The position numbers and the translations under genes were made by a program. The notes below the pieces were generated by a model. It had not been told where the DNA came from, ran no database searches, and worked only from the letters and a program-made list of their open reading frames with translations. This document shows, in pieces, positions 1 through 11,320 of a stretch of DNA of 64,000 nucleotides (positions within the stretch are counted from its first letter, which is position 1; each line of letters starts with the position of its first letter). Source of the stretch: Octopus vulgaris (taxonomy: Eukaryota); the NCBI GenBank assembly GCA_951406725.2, contig OX597829.1, positions 16,182,001 to 16,246,000 on the forward strand, written 5' to 3'.

Positions 1-223
1 TTCAACAATCAAATTCATTCGCAAGGCTTTTGTGGGCCCAAAGCTGCTGTAGAAGACACTTGCCCAAGGTGCCATGCAGTGGAACTGAACCCAGAACCAC
101 GTAATTGGAAAGCAAACTCCTTATCACACAGCCTCTGCTGCACCTGTTTGTGTGTTTGTGTATGTTATGTTCATAAACTTGTGTATGTGTTTAAATATGT
201 ATAAGTGTTTATATACGTATATG

Positions 224-265
<42 letters not shown>

Positions 266-523
266 GACATATTCTACTTAAGTTAGTGTTGCCTTTATCT
301 TATCAAATAGCAGTACTTCATCTGAGAGAACAAGATAATTTAATAACGAGGTCACGAAGAAATTAGTATCAACATTAATAAGAACCTCACCACCACCAAT
401 AATCATCGTTATCATCAGTATGACCAACATTTGGGCGGTAGAACTAACATTTGTACATTTATCCTAACGAGTCTGTTTGTGATATAAAACCAACAACCCT
501 ACAGGGACCCTTTTTGCCTTTAA

Positions 524-738
524 CCCTTCAGCATTTAAACTGACCATATCTGGCCTAAATATTCTATCTATTTCGTGTTCAAATTGGTCAGATCCAGCCT
601 CTCATACCCACCCTACAATGTCAATCTAAAAATAAACAGTCACATCGTCAAAACCTACAAGATAATGCATGATTAATTCAAAACATTGCGAATAAGTAAG
701 CATTACATTTGACAGAGTAATCTGAATGTTGTGAAGGG
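524..738. mobile_element. piggyBac-like MITE (TTAA-flanked), copy 1
   Basis: TTAA|CCCTTCA...TGAAGGG|TTAA termini (TTAA at 520-523 and 739-742). Homologous copy at 54673-54893 and an antisense fragment near 6550-6670. Confidence 0.75.
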
Positions 739-1222
739 TTAATAAAATCTGTTGGGTTGGCCCAAAAGACTGTTCAGCTTTTTTAAATGGCAAACTGGTA
801 GAATCATTAGTATACTGGACAAAACATTTCATGGCATTTCACCTTCCTTCACATCCTAAGTTCAAACACAACCAAAGTCAACTTTGACTTTCATCCTTTT
901 GAGGTCGATAAAATAAGTATCAGTTGAGCACAGGAGTCAATGTAATTGACTCGTTCCTCCCACAAAATTGCTGGCCTTGTGTCAGAATCTGAAACCATTA
1001 TTATCTTTAATTTATTATTATTAGCATGATGGACAAAATGTTTTACAGCATTTCATCTGCCTTTACATTCTTAGTTCAAATTCAATCAAAGTTGACTTTG
1101 CATTCCATCTTGCTAGGATTGATAAAATAGATACCAGTCAAATACTGTAGTCGATGTAATGAACTACCCACCTCCCCAGAAATTACAGGCCTTGTGCCAA
1201 TAACAAAAAGAATTATTATGAT

Positions 1223-1523
1223 ATTTTGTTTTGGGATTTGCTTTGCAAGATTCTTTATGTGAGTTCATGTGTTGAAGCATATTCTGTTGTGTCTGGGGAG
1301 AGTCATTTTCTTTTTGTAAAATTTCCACTTTTTTTTTTTATTTTTATTGTCCTAAAATTTTCGTTGTGTCTTGCAATAACAGACAAAGTCAAAATTATTG
1401 AAAAGGTTACAAGACGCAACGAAAATTTTAGGACAATAAAAATTTTTTAAAAAGTGGAAATTTTACTGGTGAGTGTGCTAAATTAAAAGGCACAAAAAGA
1501 AAATGACTCTCCACAGACACAAC
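1223..1523. mobile_element. Penelope-like non-autonomous insertion with internal inversion
   Basis: Inverted arms at about 1281-1376 and 1407-1528. Flanked by a 14-bp direct repeat AGAATTATTATGAT (1209-1222, 1524-1537). Contains a hammerhead-like fold. Confidence 0.6.
1388..1434 (+). ncRNA. minimal hammerhead-like motif, U3-A8 core variant
   Basis: GTC-aaaa-TTA [TTGAAAA] G GTTAC aagac GCAAC [GAAA] at T T TAG-GAC. The inverted arm reads TTGC in stem II, restoring the pairing. Stem III is the palindrome AAATTT. Confidence 0.5.
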
Positions 1524-1603
1524 AGAATTATTATGATGTTTTCAAATAAAATACATGATAAAAAACACACCAACTTTGATTTTCCATTCTTTATTGACAG
1601 TAT

Positions 1604-1783
1604 AGATTGTTAGCCACTACACATTTTTTCTCTCTCCTTGTTTTTTTCTGTATCCCTTTCTGTAGAAGAGCGTAGACTCGAAACGTAAAAGACTTTTTTT
1701 TTATTCCTGAGCGTTATACTAATACATCTGTTTGTTTTGTACACCACCTGCTTTCGTCTTGTTTTTTTTCATTAACTCTCCCT
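1604..1783 (+). mobile_element. ~190-bp Penelope-type non-autonomous repeat (family G), hammerhead-like core CTGTAGA
   Basis: Homologous to 41262-41463 (-), 56642-56836 and 56863-57043. Abuts (TA)n. Motif CTTT CTGTAGA A GAGC gtag ACTC GAAA cg TA AAAG at 1656-1691. Confidence 0.7.
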
Positions 1784-2036
1784 ATATATATATATATATA
1801 TATATATCACACGCTCACATGGTTGCACCAGTTGATCCTGTCATTTCTTATCACACACGAACCTCTCCACTGGACTTTCTATCAACCCTTTACGGATTCT
1901 CTTTCGGATATTTACCCTCCGGATGCACCTCTCCTACCTACGGATCACTGTGGACTCTACTCTAGAAAAATATATCTGGATGTCCTTCCTCTTTCTTTTC
2001 TTTCTTCTAAGACAGTGGATGTGACTTGAATGAGAA

Positions 2037-2450
2037 CTCTCTCTTTTTTTACTCTTTTACTCTTACTTGTTTCAGTCATTTGACTGCAGCCATGCTGGAG
2101 CACCGCCTTTAATCGAGCAACTCGACCCCAGGACTTATTCTTTTGCAAGCCCAGTACTTATTCTATCGGTCTCTTTTGCCGAACCGCTAAGTAACGGGGA
2201 CATAAACACACCAGCATCAGTTGTCAAGCAATGCTAGGGGGACACACAAACACACACACGCATATATATATATATATACATATATACGACGGGCTTCTTT
2301 CAGTTTCCGTCAACCAAATCCACTCACAAGGCTTTGGTCGGCTCAAGGCTATAGTAGAAGACACTTGCCCAAGGTGCCACACAGTGGGACTGAACCCAGA
2401 ACCATGTGGTTGGTAATCTAGCTCCTTACCACACAGCCACTCCTGCACCT
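2037..2450 (-). mobile_element. tRNA-derived SINE family A, full length
   Basis: A box TGGCTGTGTGG, B box GGTTCAGTCCC, CORE-like CACCTTGGGCAAGT, internal (TA/TG)n and (AAAAGAGT)n tail. More than 15 copies or fragments occur in the window. Confidence 0.9.
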
Positions 2451-2609
2451 GTTCTTTTCTAAAGGACAAGCAATAAGGGAACGCTTCATTTTCTGTACAT
2501 TTTCTTAGAACCAGTCCAACTTTCTCTTATGTCAGTCGTCACATCCTTGGTGCTCTGCTAGATCAAGAGTGGAAAGAGAGTCGAGCTCTTGAATACATAA
2601 AGTCCTTAA

Positions 2610-3460
2610 CCATTTCGTTACCGTATTTATCTTAAAACTAGCACTATGACCCGGCAACACCAAGTCATAGTACTAGTGCATGCATATACAGCTGCATGCA
2701 TGCGTGCGCACATACACGTGAGTACTGTCCAAATCTCCAACCAATCACACACAGCTAGCTGGCATTCAATTGGCGTATCAAATTTCGGGCATTTTGATTG
2801 GGTTTTGGATAGAAAATTCACAAAACAGTCACTTCTATTGATTTTTTTAATGGCTTTGCGGGGTGACTATGGAAATGTAATGATGTGCAAGACCACCCTT
2901 GGACGGCTTTGAATGACTATAGAAAGTGCGAGCCCTCTAACTGAAAAATTGTGGATTTGTATAAAGGACACACACACACACAGACATTTTGCCGTTTATA
3001 TATAGAGAGATACACTGTTTTTATTTCAGTTAATCATGAATATAATAAAGAATTTAGTAAAACAAATTAGCATAGAATTTTGATGGAAGGTTTCAATTCA
3101 GATCACTTTATTACCATATTTCAGAAATACACTGCTTTTGTTTCAATTAATTTAGTAAAATAATGAAGAATTTAGTGAAATAATTCTGTCGTTATTAAGT
3201 CAGTGTTTGAAACATAAATTATCACGAAATTTTGAAGTATGGTTTTAATTTAGAACTCTTTAACACTTTTGTTAGCATAATTCTGTTAAAATACACTATC
3301 TTTGTTTCAATTTTAAAAAATATGAAAAATTTAGAAAAATAACCTCGTTATTATTAAGCTGATGTTCCAAACATGAAATTTTGATGGATGGTTTTTAATT
3401 TAGATCGCTTTAAAGCAGGAAGCTTGTACCAAAGAACCTGGCAGGTTAGCATCAAAATGG
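2610..3460. mobile_element. TTAA-flanked MITE with three ~150-bp internal units, interrupted by a Helitron
   Basis: TTAA|CCATTT...AAATGG|TTAA termini. The unit containing AAATACACT...GAATTTAG...TTTTGATGG recurs three times. Related fragment near 44960-45104. Confidence 0.55.
2638..3010 (-). mobile_element. non-autonomous Helitron, family H1 copy 1
   Basis: Minus strand starts TC(TCTCTATATATAAA) and ends in a hairpin plus CTAG. Inserted between A and T with no TSD. Near-identical copies at 27595 and 36436. Confidence 0.85.
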
Positions 3461-4185
3461 TTAAATGAATTAGTTAAAACACAGAAAAGCTACCAGCTCA
3501 TTCATACAACTGATTAATGGCTATCTTTCAGGATATTACTCATGTGTAAAAGATTTGAATCAATCATAAAGTGAGTGACTCTTATACAAGGTACATTTCA
3601 GAAGTTTTGAGACTTTTACAGAAGCAGCGTTCCTTACATTCAAAGAAGTACAATCTCCTTCAAAGTAGGATCTCCTAACTTCAGTGTACTTGTCAAAGTG
3701 ATCCAGCCACTTCATCAAGACCCTGTGGAAGTCCAGTGTCCAAAACCTTGCTACAGCCTCCTTTATCTTCTCTTTAACTTGGGAAACGACCAAAGGTCAC
3801 AGGGAGCAAGGTCTAGATTGTAGGGAGTGTGAGGGATAGTTTTGATGCCCATTTCTATCAAGTAGTTGGTTATCAGGATGGAACTGTGGTCTGGTGTAGG
3901 TACCACTGACTCAAGAGAAAGAGCTCTGGACTTTTTCAATGAAATCTCTTCTTGAACTCCCTCAAAACTTCCACAAAATAACCCTTATTGACCATCTGAC
4001 CAGAGAAAACCATGTGGATATAGATGACAGCCTTACTGTCAAAAAATGAAATCATCACGTGCTTTTCAGAGGACCTCTTGTACCAGCGAAAAGTAGATGC
4101 TTGACTCATGCAAGTTAATCTATAAGCAGACTGGAGCATTTCATAAGCTTCCCTAATATTTTTGCCCAGTTTAACAAAAAACATA

Positions 4186-4602
4186 GGCACAAGGGTGGCT
4201 GTGTGGTAAGTAGCTTGCTTACCAACCACATGGTTCTGGGTTCAGTCCCACTGCATGGCACCTTGGGCAAGTGTCTTCTACTATAGCCTTGGGCCAACCA
4301 AAGCCTTCTGTGTGGATTTGGTAGACGGAAACTGAAAGACCGTCGTGTATATATGTGTGTATGTGTGTGTGTGTGTGCATGTGTGTGTTTGTGTGTCTGT
4401 GTCTGTCCCCACCAACATCGCTTGACAACCAATGCTGGTGTGTTTACATCCCTGTAACTTAGCAGTTCGGCAAAAGAGACCAATAGAATAAGTACTAGGC
4501 TTCCAAAGAATAAGTCCTGGGGATCGATTTGCTCGGCTAAAGGTGGTGCTCCAGCATGGCCACAGTCAAAATGACTGAAACAAGTAAAAAGAGTAAAAGA
4601 GT
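4186..4602 (+). mobile_element. SINE family A, full length, nested in mariner
   Basis: Same A/B boxes and tail as 2037-2450. Confidence 0.9.
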
Positions 4603-4765
4603 ACAGCAAGCTTCCAAACATCCTGCTGTGGCAATCAATGTTTAACAGTGCATGTGTTCGAAGTACTGTTACAACTCTCTCTTTCAATCTGGAACAACGA
4701 CAGGAGGCAGGTCAGCTTATTTAGATGTACAGTAATGACATACTATAATAATAATAATAACAATA

Positions 4766-5013
4766 GTGGAGGCACAATGGCCCAGTGGTTAGGGCAGCGG
4801 ACTTGCGGTCGTAGGATCCATGAGGCTCCGGCAGGGGGTGGTGGTGATCCCTGCTGTACTCTTTCGCCACAACTTTCCCTCACTCTTTCTTCTGTTGGCC
4901 TGCTCGCATAGCCAGCAGGGTGGCGTCATTTGAAGACTAAAACAATGCGGAGTGCATTGTGACCAACGATGTGTAGCAACATCTGATAGCCTGGTCGGTC
5001 ATGTAATCACGTG
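4766..5013 (+). mobile_element. tRNA-derived SINE family C (internal deletion)
   Basis: Head GTGGAGGCACAATGGCCCAGTGGTTAGGGCAGCGGAC. Homologous to 25638-25950, 26420-26684 and 39945-40256. Confidence 0.85.
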
Positions 5014-7920
5014 ATAATAACAATAATCTAGGACAGTTGTAACTACCTCCCCTAAAGAAGTCTCAAAATGTCTGGAATACACGTTGTAAAATCATGTTGA
5101 AAACTAAGCAAATCCTTCCACCGATTTCAACACAATCTCCAACAGAAGAGAAGTGTTGAGCTTGCAGACAAATTTAACCCTTTGTTGTTTAATTAAAACA
5201 AGAGTTATGTATCTTCTCCAGTGACATGACCCTGTTGTTGTATTAAGAATAACAAAAGACAAATGAACAGCTATTAAAATCGTAAATCAATTAATTTTCT
5301 TTTTCTCCTTCTCTCTCTCTATATATAATGCAGTCATACTGTCTGCATTTTACCTGGATAATCTTCTACTCTGTTCACATTTAAACTACATTAATTCTTA
5401 ATTCTTATTTTATTGTTCACCAACAGATCAATAGCAGCTAAATCAATTTGCTAAAAATAGATACCAAATCTTCTTTAACAAAATACCGACTATTTTTAAA
5501 ATTGGATCCACATGTATTATATCACAGAACAGCATGGAATCGCAGCCACTAACAACAGGAATGCCAACAGATTAGCTTACAGTCAACTTGCTAGAAAGCA
5601 TTAATCACCTCTCTCATATAACATCCTTAAATAAAGCAGAGACATTACACAATGTAGTAGTGTATGAAATATGTATTATCATTTCTTTCATTCTTTGAGA
5701 AATAGTGAAAATTTGTTCCGTTTATATAGTAGGTTACATAGAAGTTACATTCATCATACCATGATAATTTGTGACCTTATATTCCCTATTGGGACGCCCC
5801 CGATATTCCGATATTAAATAAGCATTAAATACTTATATTATTCAAACTATTAGCCCCATTTCTGTGGAGTTACCGGATTTGTTGAGTATATAAACAGATC
5901 AGTTGCTTATATCTCTGGGATTGGTTGATCAAGTGATGTAAACACTTCTGATGAGAAGCCGATAACATTTGAAAATCAGCTAAGGATTTTCATCATTTTT
6001 TTTTTCAAGAAGTTAAATTTGCCATATATGTATACCTACAATGTAGGATTGCATATGTGAAAGACAGATTAGTCATGGTGTGAATAGCTTTGATCAGATA
6101 TCTCTTTGATCAGGGTTTATCAGTATGATTAATCTAAACAACAACCCGGAAAGGAAACCAGATAAAAATTCATGCAATGAAACTAACTTATAACTGACAT
6201 TCACAATTCTCAGTCCTTTAGTATTCAGACTGAAGCATCAAGTATCTAAACAGATCATACGTGCAAGGGACAAGCTGAAGTTAGCTACTTATTGGAGTGG
6301 TTGAAGTTTATCATCATCATCATTATCATCATTGTCATCGTTTAACATCCGCTTTTCATGCTAGCATGAGTTGGACGATTTTGCCTGAGGGTTGGCAAAC
6401 CAAATGGCTGCACCAGGTTACAATCTTGACTTGGCAGAGTTTCTACAGCTGGATGCCCTTCCTAACGCCAAGTGTTGACAAAAACCAAACAGACATTTTG
6501 GTGAACCCAAAAGTAAGAGATTAAGCGGGACAATAACCACTTAATTTCACCCACATTGTTTTTACTTATCAACCATGCACTATCTCATTGCTTCAAGATT
6601 TCATTGATATAATTATCTATTTCTAGCATAACATTGTAATGGTAGGTGTGAGAAGCCAGATCTAGCTAGGTTAAAAAAAATGTGCTGCAGTGGCACATGC
6701 CCCCATACTTGACCAAACCCTACCAGAACAGGGAATAATGCAAATAAATTTGTTAACTTACAGCCGTTTCTGCAACAAGATGAAGTATACTTAGAGTTGA
6801 GTACTTGTGCAACCTTATAGCTTCTTTGGAGTCATTAAGATGAAGTGCAAGTTCATTTAGGAAAGCACTTTTGGCATATTTCTACAACTGGATGCTCTTC
6901 CTAACACCAACCACTTTACAGAGTGGACTGGGTACTTTTTATGAAGCACCAGCACCAGTGAGGTCACCAAGTAACTTGGAAGACAAGACCCTTCAAATGA
7001 GTTGGGGAGTAGTATTGAGGGAGATGGCTTTTGTACCAGCTGAAGAGAAGTTAGGGTATGTATAGAGGGACAGAAATAAGTGTCTAGCAGTAGAATAGAT
7101 ACATGACTACCTCAGTATGAGAGAGAAAAAGAGTGAGAGTGAAGAGAGGGAGGGAAAGAAAAAGAGAGAGAGAGAGTGAGAGAGATAAGGGGAGAGATAT
7201 AATGGTGAAGATGTGATGTGGCACACACCCAAATTAGAGGGAGGTGTATATATGCAACTAAGGATTGGCTAGGGAAAGTGGGTGGTTAAGTTCAACAGAT
7301 TGTGAGAGCGGAAGATGGAGGGGAAACAGGAATGTGTTGCAAGTGGAGATAGCTAGGAGGAGAAGATGTTGTGGGGGTACTTTTTTATTTGTAATTTATT
7401 TAAATATTTTCGTCGTTTTCAAAATCTAAACAAAAGTCACTAGAAAAAAAGACAAAAAAAATCTTCCAGAAACAATCAATATCTGCTACAGACAGAAGTG
7501 AAAGGAGGAAAGGAAGTTTTCAGTTTATTTCTTCAAAATCTAAAGCGCTCTAATTATACTCATTTGTATGGCATTTTAATAATTATGGAAATGAGCACTA
7601 GGTGTGTTAGAAGCTATTGTCAAACTAAACAGCTATGATTGACTGACCTATAGACAGAAAAAAGATAATAAAGATTAACTGGGGTTTTTCCATTATTGTT
7701 ATTATTACTGTTTAAGGAAGGAAGCTGACAGAATCATTAGCACATAGGACAAAATGTTTAGTGGTATTCCATCCATATTAATGTTCCGAGTTCTCTGCCA
7801 AGGTCACCTATCATCCTTTCAGGATCAATAAAATAAGTACCAACCAAATACTATAATCAATGTAACAGCCTAATTTTTTCTTACACCAAAATTCCAAGCC
7901 ATGTTCTTATTGTAGAAAGG

Positions 7921-7954
<34 letters not shown>

Positions 7955-7955
<1 letters not shown>

Positions 7956-8122
7956 CGGCATTTCAGCCATCTTTACATTCTGGGTTCAATTTCCACTGAG
8001 ATCTACTTTGCCTTTCATCCTTTCAGGGTCAATAAATAAAGTACCAGTGAAGTACTGGGGTCGATGTGATCAACTATCCTCCTCCCCACAAATAGCAGGC
8101 CTTGTGTCCATAGTTGAAAGAA
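7955..8122 (+). mobile_element. SINE family B, older subfamily ending in an (ATT)n tail
   Basis: Shared core GCCTTTCATCCTTTC.GGGTC.ATAAA..AAGTACCAGT, 3' end ...GAAAGAATTATT. Similar copies near 790-1000, 1020-1215, 7715-7920 and 61455-61676 (-). Confidence 0.75.
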
Positions 8123-8213
8123 TTATTATAATTATTATTATTATTATCATAATTATTATTATAATTATTATTATTATTATTATTATTACTACTATTATTA
8201 TTATTATTATTAC

Positions 8214-8250
<37 letters not shown>

Positions 8251-8253
<3 letters not shown>

Positions 8254-8684
8254 TAGTTTTATTTTTATAGTATGCTTTCACTTCACTACCGAGCACAGCT
8301 CTGTGTGCCTTGGGTATGTGCTGTGATTTGTTGTGATGCTCTGATGGCTATTGTATGGAAAGTGTTCTGCGTAGGATGTGTGCAGTGCCTAGTAGTGCAA
8401 TTTTCTGTATGTTATATGTGTTTGTAAGTCCTGGTGTTTTTGTTATGTATTTGTCTGAATATTTTTTTATCATGCCTAATGCACCCACTATGATAGGAAT
8501 TGTTTCTGTTTTCAGATTCCACATTCTAGTTACCTCTATTTCCAGGTCTTTGTATTTTGAGAGTTTCTCCATTTCTTTTAGAGACACTTTGTCATCTGCC
8601 GGTATTGATACATCAATTAGAAAGCATTTTTTTTCTTCATGATCTCTGACAACTATATCTGGTCTGTTGGCCTTAATTTCTCTA
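8251..8684 (-). mobile_element. Dong/R4-clade non-LTR retrotransposon, short 5'-truncated copy
   Basis: About 98% identical by eye to 9111-9550. Encodes the RLE C-terminus (RPDIVVRD, IDVSIP, EKLSKY). Flanked by (TAA)n on both sides. Confidence 0.9.
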
Positions 8685-9110
<426 letters not shown>

Positions 9111-10621
9111 CAGTAGTTTTATTTTTATTTTTATAGCGTGCTTTCACTTCACTACCGAGCACAGCTCTGTGTGCCTTGGGTATGTGCTGTGATTTGTTGT
9201 GATGCTCTGATGGTTATTGTATGGAAAGTGTTCTGCGTAGGATGTGTGCAGTGCCCAGTAGTGCAATTTTCTGTATGTTATATGTGTTTGTAAGTCCTGG
9301 TGTTTTTGTTATGTATTTGTCTGAATATTTTTTTATCATGCCTAATGCACCTACTATGATAGGAATTGTTTCTGTTTTCAGATTCCACATTCTAGTTACC
9401 TCTATTTCCAGGTCTTTGTATTTTGAGAGTTTCTCCATTTCTTTTAGAGACACGTTGTCATCTGCCGGTACTGATACATCAATTAGAAAGCATATTTTTT
9501 CTTCATGGTCTCTGACAACTATATCTGGTCTGTTGGCCTTAATTTCTCTATCTGTGTGTATCGGCATATCCCAGAGTATGGTTGCTTTCTCGTTTTCTGT
9601 GACCTTTTCTGGTGTGTGCCTATACCATCTTTTTTCTGTTGTTATTCCATAATGTTGGCATAGCTTCCAATGTATGTAAGTTCCAACTCTGTCATGTCTG
9701 TGAATATATTCCTTCTTAGCCAGGACTGGGCAGCTAGAGATAATATGATTTATTGTTTCTTGTCCATCTCCACATATTCTGCAGTTACTTGTAATATTTC
9801 TTTTCATTACATGTTTTTGGTAATTTCTGGTGGGGAGGCTTTGGTCTTGTGCTGCAATTAAAAATCCCTCTGTTTCTGCTTTGAGTCCTGAGCTTCTCAA
9901 CCATTGCTGGGATTTTTCTTTGTCTATTTCTTTTGCGTTTAGTTTAGTCCAGTATTTACCATGAAGGGGCTTTTCTTGCCATCGTTTTATCATGGTTCTT
10001 TGCTGTTCTATTTTTAGTTTGGATTTCATTTTTTTTATAGCTTTTGTTGTTTCTTCATCTTCTTCTTCTTCTTCATGTTTATTAGGTGGTATGATTTCTT
10101 GTTTGTATTTGTCAGCTTCCTTAAATACTGAGAACAGTTTTTTGTTTTGCTTGTGTTTTGCCGCTATCTGGATCAGTTTTCCTTCCTTCTGAAGTAGATA
10201 TTTTTTCAGTCCTATGGTGGTTATTTTATAGTAGTTTTCCAGCTGTATAAGGCCTCTACCACCTTCTATACGTTGTATATATAGTCTTTCTATGTCAGAT
10301 TTTGGGTGATGCATCCTAGATCCTGTCATTATTTTTCTTGTTTTCCTGTCTATTTTGGTCAGTTCATTTCGTGTCCAGTTAAGGATATTGTAGCTGTAAC
10401 TTATAACTGGGACAGCTAAAGTGTTGATACCTATTATCTTGTTTTTAGCATTGAGCTCTGTGTTTAGTATTGATCTAACTCGTCTATAATATTCTTTTTT
10501 TATTTTCTCTTTCATTTGTGTGTGTTGTGTCTTATCTAGTTCATGGATTCCTAAGTATTTGTAAGTTTGGCTTTGGTCTAATTCTTTTATTTCATTTGCT
10601 TCATCTAGTGTGATGTTGTTT
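9111..10621 (-). mobile_element. Dong/R4-clade non-LTR retrotransposon, 1.5-kb 5'-truncated copy
   Basis: 3' UTR ends ATAAAACTACTG directly into (AAT)n, and the 5' junction is also in (TAA)n. Protein motifs are listed in the CDS entry. Confidence 0.92.
9214..10620 (-). CDS. 5'-truncated RT C-terminus / thumb, CCHC zinc knuckle and restriction-like endonuclease (R4/Dong)
   Basis: The frame stays open 35 codons upstream of the annotated ATG (NNITLD...TYKYLG). Motifs: RLY..R..GGRGL, CRICGDGQETINHIISSC, RHD, NRPDIVVRD, IDVSVP, EKLSKY. No internal stops. Unlikely to be a host gene. Confidence 0.85.
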   Translation of the reverse strand, partial: NNITLDEANEIKELDQSQTYKYLGIHELDKTQHTQMKEKIKKEYYRRVRSILNTELNAKNKIIGINTLAVPVISYSYNILNWTRNELTKIDRKTRKIMTGSRMHHPKSDIERLYIQRIEGGRGLIQLENYYKITTIGLKKYLLQKEGKLIQIAAKHKQNKKLFSVFKEADKYKQEIIPPNKHEEEEEDEETTKAIKKMKSKLKIEQQRTMIKRWQEKPLHGKYWTKLNAKEIDKEKSQQWLRSSGLKAETEGFLIAAQDQSLPTRNYQKHVMKRNITSNCRICGDGQETINHIISSCPVLAKKEYIHRHDRVGTYIHWKLCQHYGITTEKRWYRHTPEKVTENEKATILWDMPIHTDREIKANRPDIVVRDHEEKICFLIDVSVPADDNVSLKEMEKLSKYKDLEIEVTRMWNLKTETIPIIVGALGMIKKYSDKYITKTPGLTNTYNIQKIALLGTAHILRRTLSIQ

Positions 10622-10634
10622 ATTATTATTACTA

Positions 10635-10665
<31 letters not shown>

Positions 10666-10680
10666 TATTATTATTATTAC

Positions 10681-10722
<42 letters not shown>

Positions 10723-11059
10723 TATTATTATTATTATTATTATTACTATTATTATTATTATTATTAATGTAACTCACTCATCACTCCTCCTCAAAAGTAT
10801 TTTGATATTTACAATTTCCATTTCTACTCTGTGGAGTTATTTGACTCTGAGGACCTCGTGATTTGTTAAACAAGCCTTTTATACATTTGTCTATGTATGC
10901 ACACATAGTCATACACACATATAGTACAAATCTATGCATATACAAACGCATATACATACATATATAGACATATATATAGTAAAAAAAAATGTGAGGAAGA
11001 GAATTTTGATTATTCCCATGTGGTGAGTTGTAATGCAATATATATATAATAAAAGAAGG

Positions 11060-11320
11060 AAAATGCACACAGTTTACATAGTTTTAATATATTTTAAATG
11101 AAAGAGTATTGTGGTTGTCGACCGGTTTCACTTTTGCTAATCGTGTCCAGATTTTTTAACCATTGGTTTCATGGTTGTTGTATATAGCTTTGCATTTGTC
11201 AGTAGTCTTTTCAGTGATTTGGGTTGCTTTTTTACATTTGATGAATTTATGCATTTAAGAATGTAGTTCATTTTTGGGTCCCTAGTGAACATTGGTAGAT
11301 TTTGTACAATGGTGTTGTAT
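11060..11320 (-). mobile_element. Penelope-like element fragment (RT to GIY-YIG linker fused to terminal repeat)
   Basis: KKQPKSLKRLLTNAKL..VKKSG resembles the PLE linker preceding the Cys knuckle. It is followed directly by a hammerhead 3' half, GTGAAACCGGTCGAC (11117-11131 on minus). Confidence 0.6.

Larger units (their letters stand above)
3587..5086 (-). mobile_element. internally deleted mariner transposon with two nested SINEs
   Basis: TA at both ends (3585-86, 5087-88). Imperfect ~28-bp TIRs CAAGGTACATTTCAGAAGTTTTGAGACT / CAACGTGTATTCCAGACATTTTGAGACT. Degenerate transposase pieces VKLGKNIREAYEMLQSAY..FRWYKR, MISFFDSK, PYNLDLAPCDLW (YSPDLAP-like) and SYFEGD. Confidence 0.85.

Noticed and set aside
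2221-2469. Recurrent peptides such as RRHLPKVPHSGTEPRTMWLV and IDPERMKGKVDL that look like a gene family
   Set aside because: They are frames through SINE A and SINE B, with stops and frameshifts varying between copies.
1810-2590. Possible decayed L1/Tx1 endonuclease around the SINE
   Set aside because: The resemblance is too faint to call by eye.
4186-4260. tRNA-like heads of SINEs A, B and C as tRNA genes
   Set aside because: They have A and B boxes but no convincing acceptor stem or terminator, and run straight into SINE bodies.
9221-9652. 143-aa plus-strand ORF
   Set aside because: It is the antisense shadow of the Dong ORF.
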